From positions 16,368,001 to 16,432,000 of the forward strand of contig OZ004615.1 of the NCBI GenBank assembly GCA_963924565.1: a stretch of 64,000 nucleotides of DNA. The letters run 5' to 3'. Made by a program: the position numbers and the translations under genes. The notes beneath the pieces are model-generated. The model was not told the DNA's origin. It made no database searches and saw only the letters and a program-made list of their open reading frames with translations. The stretch is from Ascidiella aspersa (lineage: Eukaryota). Positions 47,701-59,700 of this stretch are shown here, piece by piece (position 1 is the first letter of the stretch; each line of letters starts with the position of its first letter).

Positions 47701-49873
47701 GGTTACTAATAGAAGCTCAAAACCAAGAGAGGTGCTACTTCTGCTGCTTTATTGGCGGCGTCAACCAAGAAACAAAGCAACTCTCGACTTGCATGCGCTT
47801 GGAGTGGTAAAAACAGGTCAATTAGCGCGCATCGCGCCTTCGCCTATTGCTATTATGTACTCATCGGGCAATCGCGCGCCAGGTTTCGGCTTTGAATCGT
47901 GGCGCGGGAAGGGTGATGCCTGTCTTCGTCCACTCTTCGCCACTTGATCAACCAGCACGACTAATAACGACAGCGATTTTCGCATCAACATAACAGCTTA
48001 AAATACGCCGCTGTCTGTGACTTGTTGTTGTGTCGTCACCTTTTCACGCAGAAACCAGGTGGGAGTTACCTCATGCTGGTGATAGTTTGATTGGCAGCCT
48101 GTCCGCAATTAAGTCAAGGGTTTCGCACGAGAAGAAACGTGCTTTCGCCATAAAGTTGGAAGATAACAGGATTTTACACCTCTTTCGCGTAATAAGTCCT
48201 TTTTTGTTGTTTTGCTTAAATCTAGGCGCCAAAAATATATATCCTTAACCGGAGAAATGCTGTTTTATTTTAAAAGCCGGTTTCCCTGACACTTTTGTAC
48301 ATTATTTTTATCCGACTTTTTCGCGTTTTGTTGCACCCACGCAAGTAGTAAACTTAACCACGTGTTTTAAGTGCTATGTGTTTTTAACCGTTTTCGAAAG
48401 GTGCTTTTTTTGTCAGTTACTGTTGTCTCCCGCGCGCACTTTCCGCTAATTAACAAATTTATTTTTGGTGCCCCGTGTTCCACCTGCCAAGTTTAAGGCT
48501 TGGTCGGCTATAAAAAACTTTTTATAAGTTGCTTGTTCTTGGTCAGGCCCACTAAAATATATATAACCTGGTGGTGGATTTTATTCGTGTTGTTTTTGTC
48601 GTTGTTGTACAAAATGGCATTTGCGGCGCACACTGCCTTCGTGGACTTTCCTTATAATTAAGCCAAACATTGCTTGTAATTAGGCCAAGACAACCCCGGT
48701 CGTAGCTGTATTTTTCGTCCAATATTCGCTTCCCTGTTTACAAATACCCAAAGTGCCACTTGAACTTGCTTCGAAAAGGTCACCAGTATACAATTCGATG
48801 TAAATATTGTTGCATGTGCAAGTTGTATTATTATTGCCTGAGCTATTTTGCGCCGTATTACTAAAAACTCGGATTTCGTGCAAACGATTTTCCAAATAAA
48901 TGCTAATGGATTGTTTAGTCGGTGTACTTCAAAGGAACAAAGCTGTTGTTATATTGTATGTGGTACAATCGATCAGCTTGTTATTGCTTTGACCAGGGTA
49001 TGGTGTTAATCGGGTTAATTCCGTTCAGAAGACAAGTACACAATACAGAAATGTGTATCTTGGGCGTGTTTCCGAATGGATCCTTTGACCGAATGACGGA
49101 AACCTGGGTTCATGCGAACAAAAACTTTTATAATTGTTCATCGAACAAAGCCTGTGTCAATACCTATCAGAAAGGAAAGTGATCAAACAGCATTTGGATC
49201 TGACTCAAATTGGCGATTTTTTATTTAATGGCAACATTCTATTAGTTTTTCTGAGATAGGATTTGGAATATTCAATCACACGTACTACCTTATAATACTT
49301 GTTGGCAAGCACACGAACCAAGGTGATCCTGCGCAAACATATAATTTTAGTGATACATATATTCGCAGAATGACATCTACAGGAACTTTACCGCGGATCC
49401 AAAGTAGAATAACGTGTACTTTAAATCTATAAGAGGCAAAAATTTCCCTTAGGTTATACAGTATTTTTCATGTAAAAACGTATATTGAGTTTTTGTGAAT
49501 AAGGGAGTGGTAGATTATATCGAAGGGATATTTTACATCATTTGTAACTTCTTTGAATAGGGATTAAAATGCAACGATTTAGTTTAAACTGGAATATTGT
49601 GTGAAAACCAATTATTTACGAAGCATTCAGAAGTTACCCATGGGCTAAAATCAGTTTAATTACACGGATTGTTCTATAATTTTGCTTGAAGCAAGCCTTG
49701 TCACAGAAAAAGTTTTTACTGCAACAGGGATTTGTCTGCTTCAGCTGCAGTTAATTTGTTGTTACAACATCTATATAGTCTCCAAATTTAAACGTACTAC
49801 AGATATTTAGTACAGCAATGCCAAGATATAACAATTGTTCTTCATTTGATAACATAAGTTCGTTGAATTCGTG

Positions 49874-49879
49874 TTTATT
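49874..49879 (-). promoter_or_regulatory. Candidate polyadenylation signal (AATAAA) of the antisense gene
   Basis: First - strand AATAAA I found after the stop (~780 nt downstream). Confidence 0.35.
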
Positions 49880-50653
49880 GTTTGCTAGAAAATAATAGAA
49901 ATTTGAATATTACACACGTACAATACGTAAAAAGACAGAAAAGTTAACAACAAAACAAATTTGCACCAGTAAAGTTTGGTCAATTCTCAAGCATCATTAT
50001 TCATAGATCCTAGTTTTGTTTAACCAAGGTTCGAAATTCATTGTCACATTGTATTTCCAATTGCTACTGTTCAATTCACATGCGTATTACTCCAAACATG
50101 TTGCATTTTTTGCTGAAAGTGCGGCGAGAGTGGGACATCAAACCGAGCAAATATTTTGTGCGAGCAAACTTACTGACGTGCGCGCGAATAACACACGGAA
50201 ACAAAACAATGAAAGCGAACATTCGACAGAAGTACAGAAACGCTATTAAGGACGACACAGTGACGTGGAATGGCGCGTGCTCAACAATAGAAGGCGGAAT
50301 TCATGGCATGAATTGAACAGAAATAACGCATTTTCGCGCAGCAATGGTGTAAGTGACTCGCGCTTAATTGCCAGGCACGAACTGGGCGCTTACATTGTCA
50401 TGATCAAACATTTACGAGCATTCGGACCAAGGAAAGTCGCAAAAAATGTCACGTTGAATCAATAAGGCATTTTCTTAAGGAAATCAACTTATGTGAGATA
50501 TAATGCACAAAAACTCCAGTATTGCCTTTAGGAGCGCTTTGAAAGTGTTTAAACATGCTAAACGGCAGTTGTAATCAATTGGGAAGTAAGCAGTTGCTTC
50601 CGTCTTTGCGCAGTGTATCGTAATGCTTCTTGTCGACATATAACGTTAGAACG

Positions 50654-50766
50654 TTACACGTAAAACTCAACGCAGCCGTTTTCCTCGCACGATTTTGCGG
50701 CACCGCACTCAGTTCTGTAGTCGACGCTCTCCGGGTGTGATGTGTGCTGGCCGCTGTAGCAATGAC
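50654..50766 (-). CDS. Antisense gene, terminal coding exon (GHCYSGQHTSHPESVDYRTECGAAKSCEENGCVEFYV*)
   Basis: ttgttcttgacag acceptor, phase 1, TAA at 50656-50654; continues the Cys/His pattern. Confidence 0.82.
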
Positions 50767-52059
50767 CTGTCAAGAACAAAGCAAACAGCTTATTATTTAG
50801 CTTCTGCAGTTCACATCTTTATTAAAAGAGGAACTACCTGTGTCGGGCCTAAAAAGGCAACGCCGAAGCGTTCGCCTTGATTAAAAAATATATTTCGCTC
50901 GCGCTGCCGCCCGTAATTAAAAACCATGCTGCAAGTGCCGTGGTTGAGAAAAGTCTAAGCCTGTTATTTTCTGCCTCGAAGAACCAGCAATTGATAAGAT
51001 GGATTACGGGTTGCATCGCGGCCGCCTGGGCGAATGCGATTTTTTTCACACATTCAAATCGCAACCAAACAAAGTTATTGAGCTGGATTAAAATCGTGGT
51101 CCTTCGGATTTTAATTGCACGTCAGACGGAAGTTTCAGATTTCGAAAAAAAAATATCGCTTTGTTCTATAGTTCAGGCCGGTTGATGGATTATGGTGGAT
51201 GACTATGCAAGTTGTTGACAGCCCGCTGTGAGCGAACTTCGCTTCCTTTCGTGCAAAGTAAACCGCGCGTTTTTGTTGTTGTTTCTATCCAGACTTTGAC
51301 CTGGTTCCCCCCTTTTCGACGGAAGTTGAGCGCCATTAGCGCAGGAACGTTCAGCGGCCAACCAGCAATTTCCGTCTCCCTAAGCCTGACGCCAAGCGGT
51401 TATGGCACGGGCCCGCCCGCCAACATTTAACCCGCGATCCGGCAATTAATGCGGGGGCGCAGACGAAGCGCGGCCCGACACAGTTGCGCATTTACCGGTC
51501 AGAAAACGCCGTTACTGGTACGCAACGGGCTGCGGCCCCGGAAAATGGGAGGACATTAGGCGAATTCTTTTCCCTTTTTATAACTGGGCGCGCGCAGGTC
51601 GCCGACCGCCGGGTGCGATCTACAAATATTTTCCTGCCATTAACACCTTGTCGCTTGAACCGGTTTTGGACGGACGCCTTAAGGTTGCGTTTGATCGGAG
51701 TGCGAAGTGATAGCAATTAAGTTTGCGCTGGCGGCGCGTGGCTCTGTAATCAACGCCGCCAAGACACATGTCAAACCAGAGCGCCGAATCAGACTTGCAA
51801 TTTTGCAATGGCCGGTTTCGATTGCGCTAAAAACAATTCCGCGTCGGCATAAACGCGTCTAATTGGGCAGTCGAAAGCCCGTAAACTCATTTCGAGGTTA
51901 ACTTAGTGGCTAATTATCTACGAAACAGGCAAACAGGTTTCAAAGATTAAGGCGTTTAAAGAAAAATAACATATTTTTCCAAATGCAGATCTTTACGACC
52001 GACCTGCGCCAAACCGAATAATTATTCAACACCAAAGAGTATAGCATCTGTATTCTTAC

Positions 52060-52231
52060 CTGTTAAAAGGGCGTTGGTCGATTCCTCGTAGAAGTCCATT
52101 TTGAGCAGTCGAAAGCCGGTGCTACAACATTGGCACTGGAAGTTGGCACCTTCGTCGTCTTGGCTAACCTTGTACACCATCGACTCGGGGTGCGGCAGGT
52201 AGCATCGTCCACGCTCGCTTGGGTTGTAGCT
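52060..52231 (-). CDS. Antisense gene, middle coding exon (SYNPSERGRCYLPHPESMVYKVSQDDEGANFQCQCCSTGFRLLKMDFYEESTNALLT)
   Basis: tctttttag acceptor, cag|gtaaga donor, phase 0-1, open frame. Confidence 0.85.
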
Positions 52232-52789
52232 CTAAAAAGATAACCGCATTTGTAAGAGCGTCGGGCCAATACCAAGGAACTTTTCGCGTTCGTCATTCGT
52301 GTGGCTTTATTGGGTTTGCGAAATTAAAACAATAAAACAAAGCCTTCCCTGTTTGCACCCAAAACCGTTATGCAGCTGGTGAAGGTTCAGTTTATTATGT
52401 GTTTAAAACGTTATGTTTAAACATGAGGCCTTTTATGTGAAGGCAGCATGAGTTATAGTCTGCGCGACCAAACCCCAGCCAGCTATTATTTTGAAACAAA
52501 GTTTTGGGTATATACACTAACCCTGGCCTTTTCTGTTAGTAAGTGTAACAAGCGGCTAAATTTTAAGCTAACTATTGTATTTACACGCAACACAACCTCT
52601 TGTATATCGTTTTCACCAAAGAAAAGGTAACTTAGTTTTGCATAAAGAAGCCCTGCTGGAAATGTTTGTAATGGTAACAACCCGGGGGATGCTACGAGAT
52701 CGCTTATCGCCTAGAGAAGCTTTACGCACCAATTCGGTCGCTTTGCATGAAATCGAGTTAAAACAAAGAAACCGCAACGGACCACCAAC

Positions 52790-54202
52790 CTTATGACAGC
52801 GGACGCAGTGTGACATCGTTTGCTTCGCAACACTAGCAGGAATCAGAGTGGAGAGCGCTCGAATGCATTTCGGGTCTTTCGATTCAAGTTTATCCTTCAG
52901 CATGCGTTTGAGGTCCTTGGCACTGCAGCCGTCCAGAAACTGGTCGAGGCGGACGGCGTCGTTGGTCAGAGACTCGACCTTGGGCGTTGGGCTGACGGAT
53001 GAGTTTGTTTCGGCTGTGGAGAGCGACTCGGTTTCGCTGCGATCATTGACGCTGAGCGAGCTGAGATCTCCAATGACCCGCGAGCTTTTGGTTGACCGAG
53101 ATGGTTTCGGAAAAAACTGAGGCTCTTCGACCCTCAGGGGACTTGGCTTTACGTAATGGGTGTGAAAGCCCGCGTGCTCGCCCAGAAAGAGTTCATCCGC
53201 CAAAGGATCGACAGGAGGAATATCAAACTGGTCTGCGCCGGTGACGTAGTCGGATACAGCCGGGCCCTTTACGGGTGTGAAGATGTTGGAGCTGCTGATG
53301 TCGGAAAGGTCGCTACCGCTTGTCAGGCGCTGCTTTCGGGGAATCACCGGGGTGAATGCCGACTTACGGGATCCATCGCTCGAGACCAGAGGCGATGGGG
53401 TCTTATGCTCGGATGGGTAAACTGCCGGAACCCGGATGGGGCTGACCTGGGAGCTGTGTGAGTGAAACTTGGTCGGGCTTCCGAAGGTGAAGCTCGCCGA
53501 GTCTTCAAGCGGCGTGTCAGGGGTCATCTGGATGCGGGGAACTTGAAGAGTCCTGGGCTTCTTCAGGATGCCTCTCTTGGCGGAGGCGGACGACTCCGTT
53601 TCGCTCACATCCGCGTCCGACTGGGAGGTCTTCCGCCACTTGGCATTCTCGTAGTCGGACTTATTAATGTTGCTGGAGAGGTGCAGCGGGTCGTAGTAGG
53701 ACTGACGCCCGTAACTGTCACCGACATAGTAGTAAGAGTTGGAAGACTCTTCGCCGTACTTCAACACGGGAGAAGTAGGAGACGGCGTCATGGACACAGT
53801 CGAAGGCGCGAAGGTCTCGGTGTAGCCTTGCGTCTGCTGGGCGTAGCCCCTCTGCTGGTGAATCGCCTCGTCATAGCTCGAAACACTCGAGGACGCGCCC
53901 TTCCTTTGCTTGAACTGCTGTCGCTTGTTGGCGGCATCCGGCGTGCTTGCGTAAATCTGGAACGCCTTGTCCGATGTCATACTCTTGAGCGGCGAGTTGG
54001 CGCCGTCGTCGCTGGACGCAGTGGTCGAGTAGCCGCTTTCGCACACGTCGTTGTTGAAGGTGACCTTGCGTTGCTCGAGTGACGTCTGGCTGCTGTGCCA
54101 GCGGGGCTGCTTTCCGTTCTGCGAGGATTGCTGGCTGATCAGGTGGTTAATCATTACTTGACGGTCTCGCAAATTGCCGTGCATCACTATACTGATATTG
54201 GC
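52790..54202 (-). CDS. Antisense gene, large exon: Ser/Pro-rich disordered region + start of Cys/His domain (HCVRCHK); first ATG at 54184
   Basis: ORF 52613-54187; - strand acceptor tttttttcaacag at 54203, donor aag|gttggt at 52789; GC-rich coding-like composition. Confidence 0.85.
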
Positions 54203-56453
54203 CTGTTGAAAAAAACGTTAATACCGGAGATTAAATATTGCCACCAAGTAATTACGCGGTTGGAACCGCAAGGTAAGGTTTAATTATGATATCATTTTGT
54301 GTGGGTGCGGTCTTACTTCTTCACCTTACTGTAAACTCATGTATTATAATACTATATCCTCCGAACTAAGTCGGTGCTATCGACCTGCAAACGACAGTTT
54401 AATCCCACTGCCTATAGTCATCGAAACCCGTTTCTCCACATTAATTGCTTATAAACGAAAAGCCTATAGTACCGAACGAAAAACCAAAGTTGTTACGCAA
54501 AACAGATAGTTCAAACGTTTCGTGTGTAATCCAAATCGTGGAAACGACGTTAGTAAGCGATACACGGGAGCACCTAATTTTGGCACAAAGCTTAGCGCCC
54601 ACGCAATACGCTTTAACCAAAGTAGTCAGTATATGAGGAAATTTCGGTTCACATGGCTATAAACCAAGAACGTTTTTGCGACCATGAAGTTAAAACAATC
54701 GCGCCTTTTTGTTTCACAAGCGCGGCGCAAGCTGATAATCTACTGCGCTGCACTGGGCACTCTTTTCCACTGGCCTCTTGCGCAAGTCAAGAACCCCGCT
54801 TGTGCAACGCAGGCAAAGCCGAGGCTATATGCAACGTAAACAGAACCAGCTAGCTGACACTTAATCTCTCGAAAACAAAAATATCCAGAGCTGTTAGCAT
54901 CGGTAAGCGGTGCATCGCGGGCGAAACGACACAGAAAGAAACGTTTAATATATTGTCGTGCTTCTCGTACGCTCGCTCGCCACTTAAGCGGGCCATCCGC
55001 GGTGACATTCCGCCTCCGAATCGTGACCGGGTTAAGTCGAAATCCGAAATTAGCAGTCAAGCGCGCCACTTGAGCGCAATACTCTCGGCCAGGTCCGAGA
55101 CCGTGTGACAAGGCGACCGCCTCCTTACGCTTCCTTACGCTTCCTTTAGTCGCTTTCGCCTCTCTCGAAAACACAACGCTGCTGCGTTCACTTTTCCTCG
55201 CAAGTGCGTTGGCTGCGGCGGAAGAAAACAGTGGCGATTAGGCCGCGTGGTAAATACAACGCCACTCGAGTTCCAGTGCGTGTGTACACACCTCGGCGCG
55301 GGGGACGCTGCGTTTAACACAACTCCGAGTTGGTCCGTGCCTAGGAGGGGGCAGATCGCCCTCGCGATTTGCGTTTTGTGTTCAGTTTATCTCCACCGTG
55401 TTTTCGCTGCGAATTTGCGCCGTGCGAATTGATTGTTTTCAGTAAAGACACGAGCAAAACTTGTACAGCTTAAAGCTATGGATTTCTAACGCGAGACATA
55501 TATTTTACTGATTAAAATGCTGTTTGTCTCTCTTTATTACCTAAATCAAGTTTTAAACTGCTAGATTTTTACAAAAACAAAGCCTTGTACTTTAAAAAGC
55601 TCTATTTCTTTGCAACATTTCTAGCGGACCGGAAATCTGTTTCTCGCACATGCTGACGATGACCAAAAGCTATTTTTCTCTGTTTCTGTATTGAATTCAC
55701 CTTTTCATTCGCCCCTTTAATTTCTTTCTCAATTTTTAATATAGCAAGATCCGCTGTCTCCTTGGCTTCAGCCTCTCACAACGCTCTGCGCAAAATATTT
55801 ATCTTTCTCGGAAAGCTGTAAGCTCCGTCCGCCAACCGCGGGCGTAACGGGCCTAACCCAACACGCGTGCGAGCCCGAGCACAGGATGTCTTAAGCGCGA
55901 GTGATCGTCGGTTAGAAGGCCGCGTGCCCTTTAAGAAATCCCAGCCTTTTTTCCCTCGGCCTGCCTATCGTTCGCACAGGATGGGCGTCAAGGAACGGTC
56001 GACACTGCAGCGGGTTAATATCCAGTTGCGGGCGGGCCACACTTTTAATCATGAAACTGGGTGCGTACCTGCAAAGCGTTGCGTACCAAGACCCCGACGC
56101 GACGGGGATGCTCGCCATTGATACGACACGGCTCGCCTGTAAACCATCCTGTATACGCATCGGTCACACCCACCTAGCTCTTTTTTCGTAACTGCTTATG
56201 ACCATGGGCAACGCGTGAGATTTTACGGGCAGCGTTTTAAGGGATGATAATGACATCGGAAAGGGCTGTGGCTGGTTATTTTATGGCATTTTAATTGCGC
56301 AATAATGAATGCACGGGTGCTTGCAAAAATGGAAAAGCAAGTGAAACTGGTACAGCTCATAAAATACTGATATTTGATTTCACAAATTCATCACCAAAAT
56401 AGCTACGCACAAGACACGAGTATTTTTTAAAGAACATTTTTTTTTTTAGTTTT

Positions 56454-56750
56454 TGCGGTTAATTATGCAGGAATTGAACTTTGGAGCAAACTAATCTGAC
56501 GTGGGATCACACATACCGTTTGTTTTTCAAGTTTTTGGAAGCTTTGTACTAAGCAACCACAAACTATCAAGACACACCCGTCATACTTTGGATTAAACAA
56601 ACGCATCAATCAAACAGCGCTCTTCATTAACTTTTACTTATAATTGCAAAGCGTAAAGTCCATTTAAAGCTCTGTCAGAAAAAAACGGTATGTGTGATCC
56701 CACGTCAGATTAGTTTGCTCCAAAGTTCAATTCCTGCATAATTAACCGCA
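56454..56750. repeat. Perfect 68-bp inverted repeat (foldback/MITE-like)
   Basis: 56454-56521 is the exact reverse complement of 56683-56750. Confidence 0.85.
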
Positions 56751-59700
56751 TCCAGTGCATAAGAAGATTAGGATTTTTTGGATCGGGGCATTTTTGGGCT
56801 AGATACCAAGCAAATATTGTCAAGAGCACGTCATCGCAGCTTTAAGGTGGCGCCTAATTCCTCGCGGCAAAATAACGCTGGCGTTTAATTTTTTCTGAAC
56901 GTCATAATAGCCTTAAATCGAAGATCTTGCTGCTGCAGTAAATTCCCAACCTTCTGCCTATTTGGCTTTGCGACTGCGATGCGCGAAAATTGCTACCTTC
57001 CGTGCTGGTCGCATCAAAGTCGCCTCTCATGCCTGTCCATTTAAGGCGACGCGCATCAATATGAACTTCTGCTAATCAAGGTGGATAGTTGATGTATGTT
57101 AACCCAGAGCTTAATACAAGAAATTGCACGTTGCGACAACGGCACCACTTGGCCGCTTAGCCTTCGGTTTAGCGGAACGACATAAGCCAGTTGGATGAAA
57201 GGTGTGAAATCGTCACTTGGCCTTTGCACGCCCTCTGCAAGAAAAAAACGCCCAGTGTGGCAATTACTTGTGATTTTTGCCCTTTCCAGCAAAGCGAAAG
57301 CAGCGCCTTCAATTGCATTGATGGTCGAAAACCGCGCTCAGCGATGCTACACAACAATTCCTTTCCCGGAAACAAGCTGTTGCGTCAGAACAGGTGCCGA
57401 ATGGAGAAAATGATGGAAATCTTCAAATCATTCATCTCGTTTTTAGGTATTTTTCAAAAGCGGTAGGTGAAATGCGCGTGCCACGAGCATACCTCGTTTA
57501 TAGAATATCCACTTTGCAACCTTATCGGGTCGATTCAATGTAAACTAAAGATTTCAATCGACATTATTTTCTTTAACAGGCATTAATATCGCCTTAGGTT
57601 TCACTCTGAAACCGTTTTTTTTTTTAAATCCAGTCATGTTCAATGCAGGTGTACAGTGTTTCTTGTTCAACACCTGCTACAACAACAAATTATTTGAGTA
57701 GATTTTCCTGTCAATGTTTTTGGCACGATGCTATCAGAAGCCCTGGGGTCTTCAACTTGTATATTCCGGGTAGGATAGGCTCGTTTTATCTTTCTTACGG
57801 TAAAACAGGGAATACGATTTTCAACCTAGTCTGTTCTGTCGCTCAACTAAAAAATCAAACCTTTGCTTTACTCAGTTTGCTAAATAATACTGACAATTAA
57901 AAAACTTGATAGTCTAAAAAGTCATAATAACCGATGTGTGAGCTATACGGCAACCAATATACCAAGTTTCGTTGTGTTTTACGCAACACCCCGCCTGGTA
58001 GATTATTGACAATCGCCAAAGAGCATCCCAAACCGCTCACACAATTGCTGCAATTGTTTTGCGATTAGTTTCTCGGCGCACGTGCTCTCGACAGGGCTTG
58101 TCCTTCGCCGAGCACCTATTTATGCATTCGCGCGCGCAATTCGCCAAGGCGAGGAGGCCTATTTGTCGCTAAGCCTGCCAACAACGCGCCAGAGTTCGTA
58201 ACCCGCGCTCGCACTTGCGCGAAAAGGCCAAAAGCGGTGCAGTTTGCGCGCAATTGCTGACGCTGGTTAAGGTCTCTCTTGGGCAAGATTAGCGCTCCAC
58301 ATGTAGGCTGCGCCTCCGCGAGGAAACGTAATTCCCAAACTATGCAGCTCCGAGGACACGGGATTAGCGTGTCAAGCTACGCTCTGTCACACCACGCTGA
58401 CCTCTCGTCGCTGCTTCGTATCCTTTATTTTCATTGCAGACGAAATAGAACCGTTTAGCACTGATTGGCTTGACGGCTGCTATTGACCTATACCTTTGAA
58501 TGCTTTACAGACTCGATATTGCTTTACTCTACTACAATAGGCAGATTGACAGATATTGATTGGCTTTCGCTTTTAATCTCTTTAACGCTTCTTGGCGAAT
58601 AAGCGTATTACAGGCGTATATCCATACACTCACCTATTGTTAGTTGATATAAATATGTAAATAATATTCACATAATCGTTATGCAAGCAGATTATTTAGT
58701 TTATGACCTACGCTTCGCATAAAACATTACCGTAAACACAGAAACAACAGCTATATAGTTGACTAAATTGCGTAAAAAGTCTCCATTGTGTAAAACCGGT
58801 TGCAATGTTTAAATGATTTTGTATACAACTGATACTTTTTTGGCCACTTCTGTTTTCCAAAATATTACTCGGCACTCTTTCTGTATCACGTTGTGCATTC
58901 ATCTCTCCGTTTAGTAATCAGTTGCTACATCAAGCATCATGTTTGGCTTTGAAAGTCTTGTAGCCAAGGCGGTCAAACTATTTCGAAACACGGATAAAGT
59001 GCGTGATCGGTCTTGACCGGGACTGACACTAAATACCGATCTAACCTTATGTTTACCTGCGTAACAAGTCGAAGGCAAGGCTAACGAAGTGGTCGTGCGA
59101 GGAAAACTTTTCCGGGCACAGCAGCATGCGACGCTGATCCCGAGTTTAAGCTCTCTAGGCCGATCGCGCAAACATGGTCACGACAAATCCGGCTTAGCCC
59201 GGGCTCAAGCTCCGTCGCAAACTGATACTATACGCCGTCGAACCGGAGTCAATCCATACAGACTCGGCTGCACTTCAAGGAATTTTAGTCACAGCACCTG
59301 CGCAGTGGCTCGGTATGGCGTGTCACCGATGCTTAACTAACTGTTGGTGGTCATCAACAAAATTCTTTTCATTCTGACTCGGATTTCAACTGGGAACTTT
59401 ACTACTGACGTACGGAAATTATTTAACTCAAAACGTACAGCGTTTGGTTTCTCGTCGTTCGTCACTGCTTTACAACGATTTCTAAGCACGATACTGTTCA
59501 TAAATTTATCACAACCTAAAAGTTTAACGTTCAATTTGCAAAGTCAACTTTACCATCAATGCGGTAATCTAATTTTTCACGTTACTTGTTTAAACGCCCA
59601 TAAGGCCTTCGTTGATAAATTGACTTTTCCAGTAGAAACTCTGTTCTGCTACAAAACCACTTGAAAAATAATTCATTGTATCTTCTCTAATTCCACTGTA

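Noticed and set aside
52613-52789. C-terminal part of the 524-aa - strand ORF (VGGPLRFLCF...)
   Set aside because: Intron read-through; splicing at 52790 continues the Cys/His motif in the next exons.
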